Below, one piece after another: positions 37,201-47,387 of a stretch of 64,000 nucleotides of DNA. The number at the start of each line of letters is the position of its first letter. The first letter of the stretch is position 1. The stretch covers positions 9,577,751-9,641,750 of the forward strand of contig OZ037773.1 of assembly GCA_964035545.1 (NCBI GenBank). The letters run 5' to 3'. The stretch comes from Bugula neritina (taxonomy: Eukaryota; Animalia; Bryozoa). The notes under the pieces were generated by a model. That model was not told the DNA's origin, ran no database searches, and worked only from the letters and a program-made list of their open reading frames with translations. The translations under genes and the position numbers were made by a program.

Positions 37201-40200
37201 CGTAGACTAGATACTATTATCAACATAAACATTTACTTGTGTGACTTCAGCTGGGAGAGCTTCAGATGTGACAAAACTCCGAATAGCCGCAGTTTCTGCA
37301 ACATCTCTAGTGATAGTGGGGGTGACACTGGCCACCCCCACACTGTCCAACTGGGCCACAGTCTTGAGTGAAGTTTTCTCTTTCAGTGGACGTAGGCAAG
37401 CTCCGTAGCCTAGCGGCTCAATGTACTGTAGAAATAGAATTGTGAGAGTATAGCAACCTGAGTCTGATACAGTGCAATGTGCTTATTGAAATGATTTCAT
37501 ACTTGCAATTCATTAGATGAAAGTCTTACATATGAAACAACAAACATATTTGTTTTCGATTAGATAGTTAAAATCATATACACAACTTACACATGTACAT
37601 ATACATATACACATGTACATATACACTTACAGGAAGTGATTCTGAGTCGATTACTTCAGATTTATCTTCTGCCAAAACTTCAGCTAAAATAAACGCTATA
37701 TATAAACATATTAAACAGTAATAATATATAAACACATTAAATAGTAACCATATATAAACATATTAAACAGTAATAATATATGAACATATACAATACTTGT
37801 ATTCCAGCTATTGAAACTATTTCATACATTTAGGCATTTCTTTAGTTTGATTTTTGAAGCAATAAACAAAGAAGTAGAGATAATGTAAATACTGAGATAC
37901 TCATTCATAGACACATAAAACATGAGATGAAAATTAGCCAATCAGAACAGCTGATACAAGTTACTGACTAATAGCAGGAGACATGGAGACACGCCTCCTA
38001 TGCGAGCCTTTTCTTCGTGTCCTGTTCTTTTTGAGAAGAGATTTCAGTGGTTTCTGCTGACTCTGTACGACAGCGCCATCAGATATAGCCATCTGCAGAG
38101 GAGGCTGACTAGAGAGAGCGTGCGGGGAGGGAGTAGTACGTGCAGACACCGGTACTGAGTATATCTGTCTAGGAACTGGGCTAATGTTCTGCTGGGTCAA
38201 GGACAACGACCTCTTCTGGCTGAGTTGCTGACTCAGATTAGTTGATAACCGACTGGACCTCTAGAGATCAAATGAGTATGAGTTTAGAAAAGATCAATGT
38301 AAGTGAAATATGAGTGTACTAATAACTATGAGTATACTAATAACTATGAGTATACTAATAACTGTGAGTATACTAATAACTATGAGTATACTAATAACTA
38401 TGAGTATACTAATAACTGTGAGTGTACTAATAACTGTGAGTATACTAATAACTGCACTGACTCACCTCGGGTGTTGCTTGTTGAAGTACTATGGACGGAG
38501 TTCTCGCTTCACTCCTGCCAACAAATAGATATGATATTGTCAGGACACAGTAATTGCATTGCGGTAAAATGATAATCTGTGAATCCTTCATAATAAACCT
38601 CCAAAGAAATGCTAGTTAAGATGTGGATATCATTACTAACTGCATGTGTTACTATTGTCAGTTTTCTACTAGTAGTGTTAGTAAGTTTAATAAGATGTGG
38701 AGCTTAGCCTTAGGTCTAATAGTATTCTAACAGCACCCAGCTACAACTACGTAGTATGTAGTTTATGCAGAAAACGAACTGATATAATATATTCGTTCAT
38801 TTTATTATATTATATTATAGTGCTGTGAAGAGAAATATAAATATTCCTTAGAGGTGTGTGGCGTCAGCACAAACGTGAGGTATTTGAAAGTCTTACGAAA
38901 TTATTATTTAATAAAAAATCTTCTCTTTCAGCAATTTAAATAGATTAAATATAAAACAGTTAGCATTGATAGGACAAAATTCCAGATTAGTTTCCCTCAT
39001 CCTAGCCAGAGAACTAGTAGTATAGCCTACAGATCTACTTACATCGTCATAGACAGTGACAGATCAGGAGGGGTGGACGGCCGAACGCTTCCCACTGACA
39101 TCAATCTATCGGCAGTCTTTCCTTGTAAGGATGAATTCTGTTGCAACTGAGAGAAGTTTCCTGAAAGAAACTGAAATTATGAGAAGTTATCTTCTCCAGA
39201 GCAGAGGTATGATGAGACAACTCCCACTAGAAAGGCTGTAAAGCAGCGGCAGAATTAAATGTATAGGAGGGATTTTCACATGCTAGCAATTTCAAGCTAC
39301 AGAGAGGTGAGACAGTGAGGTGATACAGTGAGGTGGGACAGTGAGGTGGGACAGTGAGGTGGGACAGTGAGGTGATACAGTGAGATGATACAGTGAGGTT
39401 AGACAGGGAGGTGATACAGAGAGGTGGTACAGAGAGGTGGTACAGAGAGGTGGTACAGTGAGGTGGTACAGAGAGGTGATACAGTGAGGTGGGACAGTGA
39501 GGTGATACAGTGAGATGATACAGAGAGGTGATACAGTGAGGTGATACAAAGAGGTGATACAGTGAGGTGATACAAAGAGGTGATACAGTGAGGTGGGACA
39601 TTGAGGTGATACAGTGAGATGGGACAGGGAGGTGGGACAGTGAGGTGGGACAGGGAGTTGATACAGAAAGGTGGGACAGTGAGGTTAGACAGAGAGGTGG
39701 GACAGTAAGGTGGTACAAAGAGGTGATACAGTGAGGTGATACAAAGAGGTGATACAGTGAGGTGGGACATTGAGGTGATACAGTGAGGTGGGACAGGGAG
39801 GTGGGACAGTGAGGTGGGACAGGGAGTTGATACAGAGAGGTGGGACAGTGAGGTTAGACAGAGAGGTGGGACAGTAAGGTGGTACAAAGAGGTGGTACAG
39901 TAAGGTGATACAGTGAGGTGGGACAGAGAGGTGGTACAAATAGGTGAGGCAGGGAGATGATACAATGAAGTTCAGGCATGACATGAGACATAGCAGCAAG
40001 TGAATAGATGATGTCACAGGAAGTCTTACCAGCTGCAGACGACTTTCTCAGTGACGGTAAAACAGCTTCAACTGGTTTCAAGGGTCCCTGTTTACTGCTT
40101 TGGATGCCAGAGTTCTTAGACAGACCTCTGGTAAGTCTGCGGGGTGTTACAGACCCCCTTGAGAATGCTTTCTCGGGCTTTTCTGATGACTTCTGTAAAT

Positions 40201-41005
40201 TTTGAGTTGCTTCAACAGGTTCCCCTCCAGCTTGTTCCACCAGGTCTGTATTACCAATCTGGTCGCCAGATGATTCCAACGCAGGCTCCTGTTGACCTGC
40301 CATGTTCACAGTCTTAGAGCCGCTCCGTTCCACTCCTTTCTGGTTCACACCGTCACTTCCATCTCCTTGAGGATCTTTAGTCATGGAGGGAGAATCTGAG
40401 TCAGCAATCGGCTTCTCAACAACTGAAGAGAAATGTCTAGCTGGTTTCCACATTGGAGACTCGTTCTGAGGTCGGGAGGAGAGAAGAGCACCCTTCCCGA
40501 CGGCCTCTTCATCAGCAGACGTTCTGCGCAGAGCATCTAGTGGGTTTCCTTGACCTTGAAATGGCCTTGACTGAGGTCGAACATCAAAGTGTTGCGGTTG
40601 ACCTAACAACACAGACAGCTAGTTTGAAATACTCCCTCAGCACGCTAATCATGTATTTAAATTTATGTTGACTTAAATATGAGTCATAACTGTCTAGCAA
40701 ATAATTAGTGAAAGACTTTACAGGTACACCAACAACGCTCATGCAATAAACATGACTTTGCTGTTTTAGTATACGAATTGAGCAGATTTTAGCAAAACAT
40801 AAATTGTGATACTAGAGGGTTGCTGAAAAATACTCAAGTTTTAATAAAATACAAGTTCTTTTACAAACTAAAGAAAAATCCATTGCCTCAAAATAAATGA
40901 ATATACAATCATATCACTTACTTCTGAAACAAGTAGTTAAGTGAAGGTAAGTAAAGATAATAACTTACCTAAGCGCTTGGGGCCACAGCTGGGTGTACAA
41001 CCCAT
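34277..41005 (-). CDS. Uncharacterised ~809-aa Ser/Pro/Gln-rich, probably disordered protein with N-terminal MGCxxS acylation motif (12 exons)
   Basis: Exons (minus) 41005-40969, 40602-40030, 39160-39043, 38514-38466, 38260-37969, 37683-37631, 37425-37237, 36918-36727, 36248-36093, 35782-35621, 35426-35046, 34504-34277. All GT-AG, phase-consistent, 2430 nt with no internal stop. Confidence 0.8.
38309..38455. repeat. 18-bp intronic minisatellite (TATGAGTATACTAATAAC) x~8
   Basis: Direct inspection; lies next to the donor at 38465. Confidence 0.95.
39297..39960. repeat. 13-bp intronic minisatellite (CAGTGAGGTGRKA) x~50, with a 169-bp higher-order duplication
   Basis: Direct inspection; 39548-39716 is repeated at 39717-39885. 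Confidence 0.95.
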
Positions 41006-41551
41006 AATTAGAGACTGGAATGTAATTACATACACTAGACTACATGCTGTGAACAATCAATATGGAGAATATTCAACATTTCAAGTGAAATATTACAACA
41101 CCAGATGACTTTGTGTCTAAAGAACTCGAGGCATTACTACAACAATACAGTAAAGGTTATTATAATATAGATACAAGCTCCGGCCAATCATTGTCTTGCT
41201 TACATTATCAACACTTTTCAGATTAAAAATCATATTTTTTTATTAAATTCTCGAGACTATCATTTCAAAATAACATTGTAACCAAGAAATGTCATTTAAT
41301 ATGTTCGTATGATTTGCAAAATAATAAAAAAACACTAGTTTTGTGAAGAATTAGCCAATAAATTTATATAATTTAATGCAATAACTGTAACTTATGCCTA
41401 AAAGACAACATGTATGCCATGTTAAAAAGCTCCACCAGCACATAAGCTAATCAACTGAGCTTTACTGTACAATTGTTCGGATTCACAAAGCTAATAGCTT
41501 TCATTATATCATTCCATCACCGGGAGGGTCTAACACCACTCCTAAAGTTCC

Positions 41552-44500
41552 TCAACCCTGCTCTAAGGATTTCAGTCTGAGGCTTTCTTTCAGCTCCCTA
41601 ATTCTTTCATCAATTTCTGTGAGTGACATATCCTGAAGATAAACTATCCAATCAGCTTGCAGCAGAGAACTCGGTATATTGTACAGTAGAATCCACAGTA
41701 TATTATATAATAGTATATAACACATTATAGTACATACTATACTGTACATTATATAGTATGTATATCACATAATAGCCTATGGCATCTATTATATCATATA
41801 ATATATTGTAAAATATACATTTATTCATATATTATATTTATCAGATAAACTTTATCATTATAACAGGGATTAGTGCATACTAATATACATAATATATAAT
41901 ACTCTAAACACAAGAGAGGGAACAACTCTAAACACAAGAGAGAGAACAACTCTAAACACAAGAGAGAGAATAACTCTGAACATAAGAGAGAGAACAACTC
42001 TAAACACAAGAGAGAGAACAACTCTAAACATAAGAGAAGGAATAACTCTAAACATAAGAGATGGAATAACTCTAAACACAAGAGAGAGAACAACTCTAAA
42101 CACAAGAGAGGGAATAACTCTAAACACAAGAGAGAGAACAACTCTAAACACAAGAGAGGGAATAACTCTAAACACAAGAGATGGAATAACTCTAAACACA
42201 AGAGAGAGAATAACTCTAAACACAAGAGAGAATAACTCTAAACACAAGAGATGGAATAACTCTAAACACAAGAGAGAGAACAACTCTAAACACAAGAGAG
42301 GGAATAACTCTAAACACAAGAGAGGGAATAACTCTAAACACAAGAGAGGGAACAACTCTAAACACACAACTGTTGAATATTACTCACCCTGGTGCTGGCT
42401 GCTATAGAAGGTGTAGAGTTGTTATTCTTAGTCTGAGATTCAACTTCCTGTAAGTAAAGATGTATAATTAGTCGCTAGGACACCCTATACTGTGTACAAT
42501 AGAATATAGGAATCATTACTATATCTCTTTGTGCTTCACATTTTCTCAACAACAAATTTAATATCTGGTTGCAGAGGCACAGCCACACAGAGTAAAGGCA
42601 CTGCCACACAGAGTAAATGCACTGCCACACTGAGTAGAGGCACAGCCACACAGAGTAAAGGCACTGCCACACAGAGTAAAAGCACAGTAACACAGAGTGA
42701 AGACACAACCACACAGAATAAAGGCACAGCTACACGGTAAAACTATAACTCACTGATGAGTCCTCTGAAGCCCTGGACACATGAGATTTGATGTGAGGAT
42801 TAGTGAAATATTCAGGAGTTATGCTCTCCAGGTGGAGAATTCTGTCTTCCAGTAGTTTTATTCTCTCTATTACAGAATGGTTGGAGCCTACAGAATATAA
42901 TGAATATGATATTGGCAGTGTAGTTAGTGTGTAGTTATTGTGTAGTTAGTGTGTAGTTAGTGTGTAGTCAGTGTGTAGTTAGTGTGTAGTTATTGTGTAG
43001 TTAGTGTGTAGTTAGTGTGTAGTCAGTGTGTAGTTAGTGTGTAGTTAGTATGCAGTTAGTGTGTAGTTATTGTGTAGTTAGTGTGTAGTTAGTGTGTAGT
43101 CAGTGTGTAGTTAGTGTGTAGTTAGTGTGTAGTTAGTGTGTAGTTAGTATGTAGTTAGTGTGTAGTTAGTGTGTAGTTAGTGTGTAGTTAGTATGTAGTT
43201 AGTGTGTAGTTAGTGTGTAGTTAGTGTGTAGTTAGTATGTAGTCAGTGTGTAGTTAGTGTGTAGTTAGTATGTAGTTAGTGTGTAGTTAGTGTGTAGTTA
43301 GTATGTAGTCAGTGTGTAGTTAGTGTGTAGTTAGTATGTAGTTAGTGTGTAGTTAGTGTGTAGTTAGTATGTAGTTATTGTGTAGTTAGTGTGTAGTGGT
43401 CGAATGACTATTAGCTCAACTCACTCGAAATCTCACAATGATTCTCCAAATCACGAAGTCTACCTTCGATGTTAACTCCAACCTGATTGGCTTCTACATT
43501 GCTAGGTACTCCCTGATTGGCTGCTTCTTCATTGGCTATAGTCTGTGGCCCAAATTGGTTGTGAACAGAACTAACTAAAAAGAGGAACAATATTCAGTCA
43601 CACAGACAGACAATCTACGCTGATGTAGTGATGAGTGAAGGTGAGACGCATACTGAGCATGTAAATCGCTACCAGATACCAGACTGGCCTTCTGTAGTTA
43701 CTTGGAAGAACTTATTTTAGCTATATGGACAGCTCAACTTTAAACAAGAAAAGCATGAAAAACGTTGACTAAAGATACTAAATGAATAAATTACTTGACT
43801 ATCATGACCAGATTAAGGAACTAAAATTAAGATGCCAAATCACTACTCATGCAACTCTACCTTTGAATCGACTCTTGCCGTGTACAGGAAATCTTGTGGC
43901 GTCAACTCTTGCGCAGGAGGTATGATTGGCCGGCCAAGCATCAGTTTTGGGAATCTTAACACCACAAAATACCTCTATGTTCCTCTCATCAATCTGGGCC
44001 CGTTTCCGGGAGCAGAACGCATTTATTCTAGCGTGCATCTACAAAACATCACCACGGTAACAACTAAACAATATGTAATGTAGTTTAATATAATACTCTA
44101 GGCTATAGATAGACGGAATTTGGAAACTATAAACAGGTTGTTTAAATAATAAAGCAATCAAGGGCAGGCAACTATTACAGACTCAAGTGAAGTAAGTTAC
44201 TATCAGACAATAAGCCACACACTGGCAAGCTGAAAAAGAAGAAAGAGCATTCATAGACACATACAAATTTGTATTAAAATGAGAGGAAACTCTTCAACAG
44301 AAGTGCGACTGAATTCCATGTTGTTTAAATATAGTAAAGCACATACACTATTATATAATCTAGTAATATGCACACACTCCTGCCCATATATACACACCGC
44401 AAGCGCACGCACACGCACACACCTATATATGTATGTATTTTAGTATATCATTGTCAAACCACTTTGATATAATAGCTTTCATTGACCAGCCGACTAGACA

Positions 44501-44569
44501 TGTTAATCTGCTAACCTCTTCTCTAGTAGCATGTATTTGAACATAGTCTTCATTGGTCCCATCTTTCAT
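41552..44569 (-). CDS. MBIP: MAP3K12-binding inhibitory protein 1 homolog (ATAC complex subunit), ~218 aa or longer at the N-terminus
   Basis: Exons (minus) 44569-44516, 44038-43861, 43574-43425, 42887-42754, 42447-42388, 41632-41552. Motifs VQIHATREEMHARINAF..KRAQIDERNIEVFC, SCARVDA, KSRFKVSSVHNQFGPQT, IEGRLRDLENH, ERIKLLEDRILHLESITPEYF and IDERIRELKESL match MBIP as I recall it. The start codon is uncertain. Confidence 0.88.
41898..42366. repeat. 24-bp intronic minisatellite (AACTCTAAACACAAGAGAGRGAAY) x~19
   Basis: Direct inspection; inside the last MBIP intron. Confidence 0.95.
42572..42737. repeat. 21-bp intronic minisatellite (AGAGTAAAGGCACTGCCACAC) x~8
   Basis: Direct inspection. Confidence 0.9.
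42918..43397. repeat. 11-bp intronic minisatellite (GTAGTTAGTGT) x~43
   Basis: Direct inspection; fills most of an MBIP intron. Confidence 0.95.
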
Positions 44570-46602
44570 TGTGATTCCTGGCAAGTGAGAGTCTGTAGCA
44601 ATCGCATGAGACTGAAATATCCTTCAGATGCTTACCCTAAAATAAAAATAAAACACAACTAAAATTTTAATACAATCTAAATTAATAACTTATATAAGAT
44701 GAAGCAATCGATAAAAATTACATTGATTGAAAAAAATCAATATATTAAGGGCAATATTTTTTAGTAAACGATAAAATTAAAACTTTCAATTGATTAGAAA
44801 TTATGAACAAAATATTTCAATATAATTCTACGGTATGAGCATAAGATATAGTAGTAGCAACACTAGTTAGTTGTTATATATACTGAAAATTGCATTGTTA
44901 ACCCCAAGTTAAAGTATGATTTTGCTGAAATAAATATATCATATATGAAGAGACACGTTATAATAAAAATGATGGTCCCCAAAGCATTATTCAGATTGAC
45001 TGTCACACTCGAATTTTATTCTTTGTTCGACATCCACACATTCACTGTGTTATCACTGTGACGGTCAAATTCAATAACTTTTTCATTATTAGTGTAGGGA
45101 ATTACTACAATATTCATACTGATAGTGATCGTTATGCTACCTGCAGTTTGAGAACCTGACTTAGCTCTCTAACTAGCAGTCAAAGTTGTTCTTATTCTAA
45201 CAACCATTACGACCCACTATAATTTACTTATTACATTGTTATAACTATTATAAGTGATAGTTGCAATTGAAAAAAGCAATAATTTATTTTACTCCAAGTC
45301 CAACACCAACAGTAAGTGTAACTGTAAGACTAACATTATTAGTAACACTAATAGTGAGTGAGCAGCTCACAGTGTCAATTGACGTTGTTCTTAATAACTA
45401 CTAAATTACTATTATTATTACTAATAGTAATAGTATTAGTATTATTATAACTATTAGTATTTAGTATTATTATTTAAACTACAACTGTAACTTTAAGACC
45501 AAATCACTATCAGTAAATGTTAGTAACTGTGTTACTCACACTTACTAATAGTGATTACTAACACTAACACAGTAAATGTAAATATAAGTCAAAGAGTAAC
45601 AGTAAGTGTAACACTAACAGTAACACCAACAGTAACACTAACACTAACAGCAACACTAACTCAGTAAGACTAAGTGTAACTGTAAGAGTTACACTTACAG
45701 TTAGTAAGTGTAACGGTAACTCTTAGTTATACCGACACTCAGACTCATCAACACACTCACAGACAAACAGAAAAAATACATTACTAGAAATATTACTACC
45801 ACTAAAAGTAATATATTGTTAGATAAATTATTAAATATAAGTATAACCCAGTCGAAGACCAACTCAAAGTCGATGTTTGAAATAACTACATATGTGATTT
45901 ATGCTTGCTTGACATAGCATGCTTTTATTGGGTTATTGCGGATTTATTATGGGCGGTTAGTGTTACACCCTAGCAGCGGCTTTGGAACTTCGATTTGTAA
46001 TAAGCTGTAGAAATCGCTAGAAACAGCACAAAGCTTGAAAGTCACTAAGTGCAATGTTTGCATAAGCGTATTATTATGCGAGCTCCCAAACTCATGCTCC
46101 AAACCACTGCTCTCAGCGACCACAAACTTGGTGCTTCTTTAAGCAATTTCTGTATTGTTCAGCCCAACTTCAAGATTCATACCTTATTAGTTATTAGGTT
46201 TCTGTAAGGGTAATAAATTAAAAACGAAATAGTAATTTTAAAATTACTTCAATTTTACTAATAGTTGCTATTTTACTAATAGTTACTAGTAATATCATTA
46301 AAGTTTTATTGGCATAAGTATAAGAGTATAACTATAACTAATAGTAATAACTAAATTAAAATAAGTATGATAAAATTAAATCAATAAATGAAAGGCATTT
46401 TTATTTAATATTTTAATTTTGCAGCTACAACTACAAGTAAACGTAAATTCAATCAGTCATATTTTTATTTTGATTCAGTTTCACATTGTCAATCAAGTTT
46501 TCACAAATAGATATAACCTATAAATAGATAATAGATAATAACCTATAAATTAATAATTTGAAGTTGAGTTCGTATGCATCCAAAGCTAAGATCTTATTTA
46601 AC

Positions 46603-46663
46603 CACGTGCATATTTTGGTCACGTGACCGGTGACTGTCAGTGGTCATGTGACTGCCATGTGAT
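46603..46663. promoter_or_regulatory. E-box cluster including a perfect CLEAR-type palindrome GGTCACGTGACC, upstream of the galectin
   Basis: CACGTG at 46603, GGTCACGTGACC at 46617-46628, GTCATGTGAC at 46643-46652 and CATGTGA at ~46657, in the divergent MBIP/galectin intergenic region. Confidence 0.5.
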
Positions 46664-47387
46664 TCAACCTATTAATCTTCATCCTACATTATTTGATGTA
46701 GCTAGAGCCACCCACATACCTATGAAGAGATAACGAAGTGGAGCTAGACTGTGAGCTGATACGACTTGTACCATTGTACCGGGTGATTATCACTACTCCC
46801 CAAGCAACAGTTCTCTTGAAATTTAGTCTATTTAAGCTTGATAGCCTTTTCCATAAAGCCGGTTGGCTGCATATTGTAACTTATCTATACGGTTACACAC
46901 AACTGGGTGGTTAGGTGATTACAGTTGAGTCCTGAAAGGTTAGTAACAGCTCTGTATGTGATACTTCAATCTCAGGTGTGTAACAGCATTATATTCATTA
47001 AAATATAAGCTTTCATTCTAAATTGTATAATCATTCTGAAATGTTGAGCATTGATGCATGCCTAACATGTATCTTTTTGAGGAAGCTAAATTGATTTAAA
47101 CGAATCTTTTGGGACTAAGTCAGTTCTGTTTTCCAAGAAAATTGGGATATAAAATTATGTGTCATTGTTTTATAGAAATATACACACTGAGATTTGCTTA
47201 TTGCAATTATTGCTAATGCAGTTACCAGGGTTATTCATTATTGTAAACAACTTTGATAAGACACTTGACTTGTGACATATCCAATGACACACCAGGTCAT
47301 GTTCTCTAGTGCCTGCTGTATATATAAACACGTCTCTCAATGCATTGTGATATTCTTGTAGTCCAGGGAGTAGAGAATAGAGCAAGC

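Noticed and set aside
38303-38572. (YEYTNN)n and (MSILIT)n ORFs
   Set aside because: 18-bp intronic minisatellite on the strand opposite the host gene.
39227-40017. Several overlapping His/Pro/Leu/Cys-rich ORFs
   Set aside because: Stop-free frames of a 13-bp intronic minisatellite. The real exons flank it (40602-40030 and 39160-39043).
41821-42740. LCLELFSL-type and CLYSVWQ-type repeat ORFs, superficially LRR- or membrane-like
   Set aside because: 24-bp and 21-bp minisatellites inside MBIP introns.
34277-44569. Single long gene joining MBIP to the downstream exons
   Set aside because: MBIP similarity ends at an in-frame TGA (41552) with no good donor. The downstream exons have their own ATG exon with an MGC motif.
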